DNA from: Batkoa obscura
Lineage: Eukaryota
DNA length: 64,000 bases
Assembly (NCBI GenBank): GCA_030770535.1
Contig: JASVEC010000022.1
Location: 248,001 to 312,000 of the forward strand
Direction of reading: 5' to 3'
Shown: positions 52,605-63,249 of the stretch, piece after piece
How the letters are laid out: each line of letters opens with the position of its first letter
How positions within the stretch are numbered: position 1 is the stretch's first letter
Position numbers and translations under genes: made by a program
The notes under the pieces: generated by a model
What the model was told of the DNA's origin: nothing
Seen by the model: the letters and a program-made list of their open reading frames with translations, nothing else
Database searches by the model: none

Positions 52605-54134
52605 CTAGCTCCTTATGGAATGGTGATATTCTAAATAAAGATAAAATTTGAATGCTTCAATAGAACCACTTAATAATATATCTACTCCTTGAGCTCCATA
52701 TGATATACGGAAGTAAGTCATTCAGTACAAGTCTTGTTCTTTACCATATTGGCCAACTACGTAAGCATAATCTACTGCTTCTTTTAACAATTTACGTTGA
52801 ACGATCCAATCAATTAGCTCTATCGATAAAATAAACAATGGCTCGTCTAGTGGTGTAATCTTTTGTGCAACATCGTAATGATTTTCAAAATAACTATTTT
52901 TATAGTTTCTAATACTCCATAAGAAACGAGTGTTATCGTAAAAATAATTCATAGTAGCGTTGATATTTAAATTGAACAGACGATAAGGATGATCGATATC
53001 AATAACATAAATACCTATCATGACCATAACGTTTTGTTAATAAAGACAGTTTACAGCTGTTATGCCCCATGGTTGTGGTAAAATAGCTCTATTAACCATC
53101 GATTGATAACGACCATATAGTATATTTATATTAGTTAAAGCTGTATCAGAAGATAAAGCAAGGCTTAGTAGATTATTAGCATCTACTTTGTCAGGGAACA
53201 AATCAAAAATATCATTAAAATTAAGGATATCGCTATTATTAGCCATCCTTTCTAATGAACATTCACTAACGAGAGCTTTTATCTGTGGATACTTACCAAC
53301 AAGAGCACGACGTGTACATAACATTGAATTCTAACTTAGAAGCCTATACTCAACAAACAATTCATAATCATTTATATATTCTAGTATCCCAATGTATTCA
53401 ACTATGTGGATACTTGGATAAATTCAATAAGGACGCTTATCTTTAGCCTGGTGCCATATATCTAGTTTAGAATCCATATCAAAGTACCCGTTTGTTAATG
53501 CTCTTAGTTCGTCAATCCATCCTTCTTCTATACATGTATTAATATATTTATCAATTATATTAAAATAGTCATGACAATATACACTTGTAACCAGTTAATT
53601 AATAACCCATTTGGGATCATCTAGAAATAATGATCATATATCGTATATTGGAGGAATATCTCCTTCTATATAATGCTTTATTAAACTTATATTATTAAAA
53701 TATATGCTATTAATATACATAATAAGCTCGTTTTTATCGTCATCATACCTTTGCACAGGTTTTATGTGTAACCATGTTAATGCTGTTATCTCTGTATCGA
53801 TATGTGTTTTCGTTACTATCGAGGCTTCTAATTCGGGAAACATACTAACTATGGAAATGGCTATAGTAGAATTAATACGATAAGGCGTCGGATAACCGAA
53901 CTTGTTTATAAAGTCTTTAAGTTGCTTTATTGCGATATTTTATGCCTTAATAGCATAGTACAGAAAGTTATTATGAAATGTTCTTGTCATCAATTCTAAT
54001 AAAACACCATTTGCAATTAAATTATTATCCCATTTCTTTAATAGAAGTAAGTTGTTCTTTTTGTATACATTTATATAATAGTTGTATATTTTCCATGACA
54101 ATAGCATAAAATGATTAAAAGAATAAAATTTCAC
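52605..54134 (-). pseudogene. Intronless orphan pseudogene, ~510 codons with 7 internal stops and no frameshift
   Basis: ORFs 53940..54134, 53634..53843, 53037..53324 and 52722..53027 share one frame and the gaps translate as protein-like sequence. Confidence 0.75.
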
Positions 54135-54727
54135 CTTGTTAATGTTATTAATAGATTAATCTCAACTAATTTCGACATTTTTCTTTACTATTTTTAATCA
54201 ATTGTTCTTCTCCCTGCTTAATTTATAACATTCATTTATTAACTCTTTTTGGATCACACATAAATAAAACACGTTCAAAAAACAGAAATAAACAGAAACA
54301 GATAATTAGGCTATATCAACATTTATAATAAATATATATAATTAATAAATAATAAGTAATAAAGAAAAGATACAAGAATATAATGAATAGTGAACATTTA
54401 TCTTGGCATAAATTTTAAATTCTTTTCATTCTAATCAATAGAATAAAATCAGGGAGGCCTTGTATCCAAAGCATGATAAATCATACTAAGGTTATTGACA
54501 ATTTAAGTAAAATATCTAATAAACTCAATTAAATCAACCAAGAACTTATTAAATAAATTCTATTTTTGACATGTGAGTAATATGATTCTATCAATTATGA
54601 ATGTAGTTACTTATTTAACTAAATATGTAAGGTGATATTAATGATTTAATTTTACCTCTTATTCGAATTCAAAGTATTTAATAAGCAGCAACAATTCATT
54701 CCAACTTTTATTATTTCTTTTTTAAAA

Positions 54728-56152
54728 ATGAAATTCCAACTTGCTTTTACCATCTTTTCATTGCTCACTCAATCCTCTTTAGCTTTACCAAAAGAGGATA
54801 ACCTTGCTGATGAATCTGCTATCCGAGCCAGTGAGATCCGAACCGAATTTCAAAATTCATGGGTTAAATACAAAGAAAAAGCATTTGGAGCGGATGAGAT
54901 TCGACCAATCTCAGGAGAAGCAGTTAATAGCACCTGGAATGGATGGGGAGTAACGTTAGTGGATTCTTTATCTACATTATGGATCATGGATCTCAAAACC
55001 GAATTTAATGAAGCTAAAGAATTTGTAAGTCGTACCAATTATAAATATTCTTCACAACAAAATTCCTTTTTTGAAATAACCATTCGTTATCTTGCTGGTT
55101 TAGTATCAGCTCATGATTTATCAGGTGAGAAAGTATTTTTAGATAAAGCTAAAGAACTGGCGGATTCTATGTTACCCGCTTTTAGTTCTCCTTCAGGTTA
55201 CCCTTATGTTACTTTTGATTTTCAAACTGGTAAACCAGTTAAAGACCTTTATGGCTCTTTAGCTAATGTTGGTACCTGTCAATTAGAGTTTACTAGGCTT
55301 AGTCTATTAACCGGAGACAATAAATATCGTCAAGCTGCCTTAAAAGTTTTTGATACATTAGATAAAAATAAGGCTGGCAAAGGATTGTACTATAATGAGG
55401 TTAATATTCAAACAGGGAAATATGCTTCTACTTCATTTAGTTTGGGAGCTGGTGCCGATTCTTTCTTTGAATATCTTATTAAATTGTATATCATGCTTGG
55501 ACCTAAAGATACTACTAGAGGTAAATACTTGACCATGTTCGACGATAGTATGACTGTAATGAAGCAAAAATTATTGACTAAGTGCTATAGAAATCGCTTA
55601 TGTTTAGGGCATACAGATAGCTCTGGAAGATTAATTAACGAGATGCATCATTTAGAATTTTTCATTCCAGCTATGTTGTTTTTGGGTAATGAACATCTTC
55701 CATCAAAAGGATTGAAGCCTATTGCTTTAGATTTATTGGAAACTTATAGCGTTATTCCAAAATTAACAGCCACTGGATTAGCACCGGAAAATACCCGCTT
55801 TTCTAATACAAGTGAAATTCAAGTAGCATCTCGTCAAAATTATTTACGACCCGAATTGGTAGAATCTTTATTTTATGGATATCGTAACACTGGAGATAAA
55901 AAATATCAAGATAGATCATATGCTTTATTCAAAGCCTTTCAAACTTATTCTAAAGCCAACTATGGCTTTGCTGAATATATGGATGTCAATTCAAAAGACA
56001 AACAACAACAACAACATGATGTCATGGGTTCTTTCTTTTATGCTGAAGCTATGAAATATATGTATCTTATTCATGCTCCTAAAGATACTTTTGATTTCTC
56101 AAAATGGGTTTTTAATACTGAAGCTCATCCATTTAAAATTTCAAACGCTTAA
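54728..56152 (+). CDS. Secreted GH47 alpha-1,2-mannosidase
   Basis: Signal peptide, GADEIRP, FFEITIRYLAGL, GADSFFEY, LRPELVES, FNTEAHP. Confidence 0.95.
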   Translation: MKFQLAFTIFSLLTQSSLALPKEDNLADESAIRASEIRTEFQNSWVKYKEKAFGADEIRPISGEAVNSTWNGWGVTLVDSLSTLWIMDLKTEFNEAKEFVSRTNYKYSSQQNSFFEITIRYLAGLVSAHDLSGEKVFLDKAKELADSMLPAFSSPSGYPYVTFDFQTGKPVKDLYGSLANVGTCQLEFTRLSLLTGDNKYRQAALKVFDTLDKNKAGKGLYYNEVNIQTGKYASTSFSLGAGADSFFEYLIKLYIMLGPKDTTRGKYLTMFDDSMTVMKQKLLTKCYRNRLCLGHTDSSGRLINEMHHLEFFIPAMLFLGNEHLPSKGLKPIALDLLETYSVIPKLTATGLAPENTRFSNTSEIQVASRQNYLRPELVESLFYGYRNTGDKKYQDRSYALFKAFQTYSKANYGFAEYMDVNSKDKQQQQHDVMGSFFYAEAMKYMYLIHAPKDTFDFSKWVFNTEAHPFKISNA

Positions 56153-56416
56153 ATGAAGTGTTGGTTTGAACTTTTAATAAAATAAATAATTTTTGATATT
56201 CGTTAATTTTCATTTTTTTAATAAGTTACTATTTAATATCAGTAGCTGTTTATTGTTTAAAAATAACTTTTGTAAGTTAATATTCACATTCAAGAAAAAA
56301 ATTTATAAAAAAGGATAAAGAAATTAAGTATTTTATATGTTTATTAACTGTTTTAAAGATTAAACTTTATTGCTAATTGTTTATTTTTAAAAATTCTTGA
56401 AATAATGGTGCTAAAT

Positions 56417-56514
56417 CGGGATGTATTTTTTTGTTTAAGAATGTTACTAACAATTATTCTACTCAAATAGCGCTTGAAAAATGGAAAAAGCGATGAAATA
56501 AAAAAAACACTCTT
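56417..56514 (+). mobile_element. MITE copy (degenerate termini)
   Basis: CGGGATGTA...CACTCTT, TSD AAAT/AAAT. Confidence 0.85.
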
Positions 56515-57321
56515 AAATGGTTTGTTAGCTAAACCAAGCCAGACTAAAATTTGACAGGAGGCGAGATAGGTCATTTGTCAAAGATATCACATACACCTCT
56601 TCTACTCTAAAATCATATAAAAGCGCAAGGGAGTCCACTGATCCACTCAATCCCCCTCTCAATGAAGAGCGGGGTAGCTGATAACAATATGAACTAAGTC
56701 TAAATGCCAGTTTGGCGTGAGACCTGTAAATGTTTTAAAACAATAAAGTACAAGAGTTGGCAACAAAATATGAATTTAAAGGCATAAGGTTGAGAAAATA
56801 GCATTGATGCTAGAGAAAGATAAAGATAGGTGAGGCTCAAATCTGGTAGATGAGATGGACCAATAAATGGGGATGTTTGATTGGTTTCAGAATTTACATA
56901 AAAATTAATCTAAATTGTTTTTAAATTTGTAAGTTTGATGTATAATTAAATTTAAAAAGCTCAAAATTAAATAAAAAGATTTAACTTAAGACTTTTTTTA
57001 CTTTTTTTAAATAATTAAAAAAATCAACTATATGTTTTATATTATTTTTGTTAAATGTTCAAAATAATTTTATCAAATGTTTAATAGATATATAATATAT
57101 GTAAGTATTTTATTACTTTTTGTTGAAACAAAAACAAAATGCAAGTTTTTGTAATTAAATTTTAGTATAATAATAAAAATCAATATAAATATTATAATTT
57201 ATTTATATTAATTTTAATAATTATTTATAACAACCCAGAGTTTATAAAATTTTATAACAAAACAAAAAAATATATATTAAAATTTACTATTGATTATAAT
57301 AAACTTGATCAAGTAATATAT

Positions 57322-57417
57322 GAGGATGTTTTTTTTTGGCTTCATCATTTTTTCCATCTCTTAAGCGCCATTTGAGTGGAAAAATTGTTATATTTTTAAA
57401 CACAAAAATATATCCTT
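57322..57417 (-). mobile_element. MITE copy abutting the 3' TIR of the inner transposon
   Basis: GAGGATGTTT...ATATCCTT flanked by ATAT on both sides. Confidence 0.85.
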
Positions 57418-58034
57418 ATATGGGGGTGTCCGAATTGGTTTCATTTTTTTATCCAATTTTTAAATTATTTTATTATAATTTATATTGTAAGTTAGTGGAA
57501 TTTCTATCAAATTTAATATAAATTCCTGAATTAGCAAGGCTTTTACCAATATAGCCTATATAGTGATATTGGTCAAAGTTGTAATATGTAAATAAATATA
57601 TATTTTTATAAAACTTTATTAAGAAATATTTATTATTAACTGCTTTATAGCCAACGCTGTAGATTTACTATCAAATAAATAAACAATTTTAATGTTATAA
57701 TTACATTATCAATATATCGTTAAGTTAATAAATAGCTGCATGGGAGGGAGTGGTTAGCCCCAAAACTATAATTAACCATCCCTATGTAACACAAGCAGTG
57801 TAATAATAGTTTTTACTTATTATTACAACTACTTGCTCTTTGACTATTTATTAACTTAGCTATTAATAATTCAAGTAATATCAACATTTAATAATTGATT
57901 TCTATCATCTAATAAGCTACTTACTTGCTTACTAAATATTGATACTTTTAAATTTTCAGTTATTTTTGTAAGATAAGCTGGGGCTGACCTTTTAATTTTT
58001 CTATCCTCTATAGACTCTATAACTTTAATTGAAA

Positions 58035-60040
58035 TTATATCGCTTTTTTTGATCTATCAGATACTGGATAACAGTGTAGTTTTTTACCACGTTTAATAAA
58101 ATGTAAATACTTTTTAATACCTTGTATTTTTATTATTTTTTTCGTACCTTTGTTTCTTTCATACTTTTTAAAAATTATATTTGTTTTCCCATTATTGACA
58201 ATTGAGTTATTAACTCTATTATGTTCAGAAATAAAAATCTCAAATTTTGAAATCAATTGACCAATATCTTCTATTTTACCTAACGCTTCAAAACTATTTT
58301 TTTACTGTAAAAGATTTCCAAAATGTCCGTCAACTATACTTTTTCCATAATGCTCAGCAAAAAAATTAAGATCAATATTTAAACTACTATTTATTTTATG
58401 ACTTTCTTCAAACATATAATATAAAAACTCTTGAGATTTAAAATGATATCCTGTGTGAAAGTTGATACTTAGTGGTCGAAGTTAAAAGCTACCCTTGCTT
58501 AATTAACTTGCCTTGAGTCGAACGGTCTTAGTTTATGTAACTAAGATAGACTTAACTTAATAGAAATAGTACGTAATAAGCTACAAATTATGTAAACAAA
58601 TACAATGGAAGATACTACCGTAAAATCTATATAAGATGTTGTCAGAAAGACTTAGTGGTTTTATTAACGATACGTTATCAGGGAGTAACCCAATTAAAAA
58701 AGCCTCGAGTTATCATGTTGAAGGATCTCTTTTATACTCCAACAAGTATGGATATCAAAACGAGAGGATAATATTCTTTGCAATATTAAGTTATAACTTC
58801 TCGCAGTAAATCAAAATAAGGGGCTCTGACTTGATTGTGTTTGAACTTGAGAACACAGCAACTTAAGTGATTGTTGTGTTATAATCAATCCGAGAGCTAA
58901 TAAAGCAATATTTCACACCTGTATCTGCCCATATATTAATTTTTGTAAACTTTTTAAACAAAGGCTCTTTAGATATTAAATCAATCAAACAATCTCCTGC
59001 ATATGCTGAATCATGATTTGATATTTTAGATAAATAATCAAAATAAATTTTGCCTATTGTTTTATCGTTTTTTAAATACAAAACGCCAAACCCTAATACT
59101 GATATAGCTTGTTTGCTATAATGATCTAAGTTTATTGGATCTGGTCTTGTTCCTATTTCCATATTTTGTTTAAAGTCTAAAACTATTATACAACTTCTAT
59201 TATTTAATTTTTCAATAGTTTCATTAAATATGTTTTTGAGTATCAACACAAAATTCATGTAATTTATATAACCTTTTTTCTTTATCAAAAGATTCCTGTA
59301 TCTCTGCTTTATTTTTTGTCGCTGTATTTATTTTATTTTCAAATAACTTTTTTCTAACAGTATACTGGGCACATATATTATATAAATCCGTTTTTCTTGC
59401 TGGATTTTTGAAATTATTTGGTATATATTTAAAAATGTTGACCTAGCTACTGCTTTATCTTTTAAATCATTAAAATATTTACAGTATATCATTCTTCTAC
59501 TTTTATTTAATATATATATATTATCTGACGAATATTTATTATCATTATTTTTTTTATTAAATCTTGGTGAAATAGTTGAATTATCAAGTAAATATTGTAT
59601 AATAATCTCGATTTGCTCATCTTTAATTTTTTTGTATTTTTAATAATAGGTTGTAATGTTGGTGTTTTATTACTGCTAATTATTTTTGAACAATCATATT
59701 GCTTTCTACTTATATTAAATCCAAAACTTTTACATTCATCAAAAGAATATACTGAAGCTATAGTCGATAATGATACTACTTGTTGGTTTTTATTTCCTGT
59801 TTCCCTTAAAACACTAATTTTATACATTGCTTGATTAAGTCTGTTATTATTAATAGTAAAGTTTGATAACATTTCTTTTCTTTTTTTTGTTTTATTATAA
59901 AATTCCATAAACTCTGGGTTATTGTGAATAGTTGTTAAAATTGATGTAAATGAATTACAATGTTTATATAATGTGCTTCTCCCTATCGTATTAAATTTTT
60001 TAGAAATTCCATTTCGAAGTTTAGTTATAAAAGCTTGCAT
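58035..60040 (-). pseudogene. DDD transposase pseudogene
   Basis: Fragments 59507..60040, 58863..59288 and 58035..58453; frameshifts, a TAA after GHFGNLLQ, and an insertion at 58454..58917. Confidence 0.85.
58454..58917 (+). mobile_element. Solo-LTR-like element (464 bp) with TSD CCTG, inside the transposase WADTG motif
   Basis: CCTG|TGTGAAAGTT...AATAAAGCAATATTTCACA|CCTG; removal restores W-A-D-T-G-Y-H-F-K-S. Confidence 0.9.
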
Positions 60041-60132
60041 TTTGTTTTTATTTTAATAAAAAACAAAGTCAAATAATTATATATTTATGTCATATATATC
60101 TATTGAACATTTAACAAAAAAACACAAAACAC

Positions 60133-60489
60133 TGTGAAATATCGTTTCATCAGCTCTATGATTGATTATCGCATAATAATCACTTAACTTGTTTACAAAA
60201 CTAGTTGGAGTATAAAAGAGATTCTTCAACATGATAGCTCGAGGCTTTTTAATTGATTTGTTCCCTAATATTGTGCTTTTAATAAAGCCACTAAGTCTTA
60301 TAGTATTTTGCGTAGATTTTACAGCAGTGTCTTCTATTCTATTTATTTTATATAGTTCATAGCTTATTGAGTACTATTCCTATTAATTTAAGTCTATCTT
60401 AGTTACATAAACTAAGGCCTTTTGACTTACGGCCAGTTAATTAAGCTAGAGCTGCTTTTAACTGTAATCACTGAGTACCAACTTTCACA
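60133..60489 (-). mobile_element. Solo-LTR-like element, short variant, in the transposon 5' region
   Basis: Same site as 8502..8858; empty site in the outer copy near 57035. Confidence 0.85.
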
Positions 60490-60745
60490 AACATATAATT
60501 AGAAAAATAAAATAAATAAAATAAGTCTTTAAGTTAAATTTTTATATTTAATTTTAAACTTTTTAGATTTAGCTAATCATACATTAAAGACTTACAAATT
60601 TAAAAACTTAAAATTTGGATTAATTTCTAGTTGTTCTGAAACCAATTCGGACACCCCCATATGTAGGAGACTGTTTAACTAATTTAATATTTAAAAAGCT
60701 TTTATTTAAAAAATTTACAAAAATTAATATATAAGTAGATACAGG

Positions 60746-61224
60746 TGTGAAAGCTGGTACTTGGTGGTTGGAGTTGAAAGCAGTTCTAGCTTAATTGACT
60801 GACCGTAAGTCAAAAGGCCTTAGTTTATGTAACTAAGATAGACTTAAATTAATAGGAATATTGCGTAATAAGCTACGAGCTATGCAAAACAAATGGAATA
60901 GAAAATACTACTGTAAAATCTACGTAAGATATTGTCAGAAAGACTTAGTGACTTTATTAATAGTACGATATCAAGGAATAATTCAGTTAAAAAGCCTCGA
61001 GTTATCATCCTGAAGAATCTCTTTTATACTCCAACTGGGTGGCTATATAAGGAACATTATAACAGTTATTCTTTATTATAGTTACCAAGTATGGACATTA
61101 AAACGTGGACAATAAGTTCTTCATGATTAGACGGTAGCAATTCTCACAGCAAATCTATATAAGGAACTCTAAATTGATTATCATATTATAATCAATCCTA
61201 GAGCTAATGAAGCGATATTTCACA
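60746..61224 (+). mobile_element. Solo-LTR-like element at the WADTG site of the outer transposon copy; flanks do not match
   Basis: GATACAGG|TGTGAAAGCTGG...GATATTTCACA|GATA; about 320 bp of transposase missing on the right. Confidence 0.87.
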
Positions 61225-61640
61225 GATACAAGGTATTAAAAAATATTTATATTTTTTTAAATATAATAATAAGCTACACTGTTATCCAGTATTCGATAAA
61301 TGAAAAAAAAAGTGATATAATTCCAATTAAAGTTATAAAGTCTATAAAAAATAAAAAATAAAAAAATAAAAAAAATAAACCCTAGCTTATCTTATAAAAC
61401 AACAGAAAATTTAAAAATCTTAATATTTATTAAACAAGTAAATAGCTTAATAAAGAATAAAAATTAATTATCAAATGTTAATATTACTTAAATTATTAAT
61501 AGTTAGGTTAATAAATAGTAAGAAGTAAGTAATTAGAATAATAAATAAAAGCTATTATTATATTGCTTGTATTAGATAAAGATGGTCAATTATACTTTTG
61601 AAGCTAACCATTCCCTCCCATGCAGCTATTTATTAACTTG

Positions 61641-62104
61641 TGTGAAATATTGCTTTATTAGCTCTCGGATTGATTATAACACAACAATCACTTAAGTTGC
61701 TGTGTTCTCAAGTTCAATCACAATCAAGCCAGAGCCCCTTATTTTGATTTGTTGCGAGAATTTCTAACTTCATATTGCAAACAATATTATCTTCTCGTTT
61801 TGATATCCATACTTATTGGAGTATAAAAGAGATTCTTCAATATGATAACTCGAGGCTTTTTAACTGAATTACTCCTTGATATCGTACTATTAATAAACTC
61901 ACTAAGTTTTTCTGACAACATCTTACGTAGATTTTACAGTAGTGCTATCTATTCTATTTGTTCTACATAGTTCGTAACTTATTACGTATTATTCCTATTC
62001 ATTTAAATCTATCTTAGTTATATAAACTAAGACCGTTCGACTCAAGGCAAGTTAATCAACCAAGAACTGCTTTTAACTCCTACCACTGAGTACCAACTTT
62101 CACA
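61641..62104 (-). mobile_element. Solo-LTR-like element (464 bp) with TSD CTTG
   Basis: CTTG|TGTGAAATATT...ACTTTCACA|CTTG; empty site in the inner copy near 57720. Confidence 0.9.
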
Positions 62105-62492
62105 CTTGGTAATATACTAATAATGTAAATATAATGTTAAATTTATTTATTTAATAGTGAATCTGCAATATTGGCTATAAAAAGCAATTAATAAGAAATA
62201 TTTTTCGATGAAGTTTTATAAAAATACGTATTTGTTTACATACTACAACTTTGATTAATATCAATATATAGGTTATATTAGTAAAATTCTTGCTAACTTG
62301 GGAATTTCTATTAAATTTAGTAGAAATTCTGCTAACTTACAATATAAACTATAACAAAATAATTTAAAACAGTGTTGGGTACTTTTGCTTTTTAATAAAA
62401 AATTTATCTTTATAGAATTTTAGGCAGTTTTTAAAGTATAAAATTTGCAAAAATTGGATAAAAAAACGAAACCAATTCGAATATCTCTATAT

Positions 62493-62590
62493 GGAGATAT
62501 TTTTTTTTGTTTAAGAATTTTACTAACAATCTTTCCGCTCAAATAGCGCTAAAAAATGGAAAAAATAATGAAGCCAAAAAAAACACCCCC
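62493..62590 (+). mobile_element. MITE copy abutting the 3' TIR of the outer transposon
   Basis: GGAGATATT...CACCCCC, ATAT on both sides. Confidence 0.88.
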
Positions 62591-63249
62591 ATATTTTTAT
62601 GACCTTTTTACAATTTTCAATTTTTGAGAATAAATTTATATGCATATGTACTTAGAATACTGATTAATATGATAGCAATATGACAGAAATTTGTAAAATT
62701 TATATATTAGTATCAAATGTTCATTTAGCAGGTTATTTAAAAATGTTAAATTATAAAGCATTTAAAGTCGAGTTTTTAACTATAAATCGGGATTTAAAAA
62801 CAAACTTCTGAAAAACTATGTTATGTATTGTTATAATACTGTTAATGGTTTTTATAGCTTATTACGTTTTTATAGTAAATACAGGAATGTTCTAAAACCA
62901 AGCTTTAATATTCGCACTGTTTTGTGTTTTATTTTTATTCCTTAATGTAGTTATGACCGTTTCAAAAATAGTTACAAATCTTGTATCCAGCCTGTAGTTT
63001 TAGAAAAAATTGTCTTTAGAAATAAACTATTTGATAGAAAGGAATACTAGTATAAAAGATAAATAAAGGATTTTAAGATAGTGTAGAAGGGGAGAGGTTT
63101 TTTTAAAGTCATAAAGTGGGGAAGCAAAAACATGACAATTTTGAAGCTAAATTTATGTATCAGTTTTATCTAAAGAACCTTATTTATCAAATTTTTGTTC
63201 TTATTTATGAGTTTGGCATTGATAGGCATGGTCTATCCATAATGAAATA

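Larger units (their letters stand above)
57422..60658 (-). mobile_element. Full-length Sola-like DDD DNA transposon with a pseudogenised transposase
   Basis: Perfect 22-bp TIR GGGGGTGTCCGAATTGGTTTCA, TSD ATAT; transposase motifs LDFKQN, WADTGYHFKS, NFFAEHYGKSIVDGHFG. GRG termini, 4-bp TSD and a DDD triad fit the Sola superfamily from memory; needs HMM confirmation. Confidence 0.88.
56869..62488 (+). mobile_element. Older decayed Sola-like transposon copy (56869-57321 and 60659-62488), split by a younger copy
   Basis: Degenerate TIRs GGGGATGTTTGATTGGTTTCAG and GAAACCAATTCGAATATCTCT; AAAATGCAAG start remnant; 60659-60745 and 61225-62488 align to the reverse complement of the inner copy. Confidence 0.82.

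Noticed and set aside
52605..54134. Alternative genetic code explanation for the in-frame stops
   Set aside because: All three stop types occur, and neighbouring genes use the standard code
56520..56860. GC-richer stretch with a short TTTGACA/TGTCAAA inverted repeat
   Set aside because: No ORF, RNA family or second copy identifiable
57422..60658. Fanzor/TnpB cargo or omega-RNA interpretation of the transposon and its inserts
   Set aside because: No RuvC motifs seen; the inserts have their own TG...CA ends and TSDs and occur at several positions
665..62590. MITE as a CRISPR repeat or SINE/tRNA-derived element
   Set aside because: Dispersed in both orientations with TIR-like ends and 4-bp TSDs; no spacers, Pol III boxes or poly-A tail
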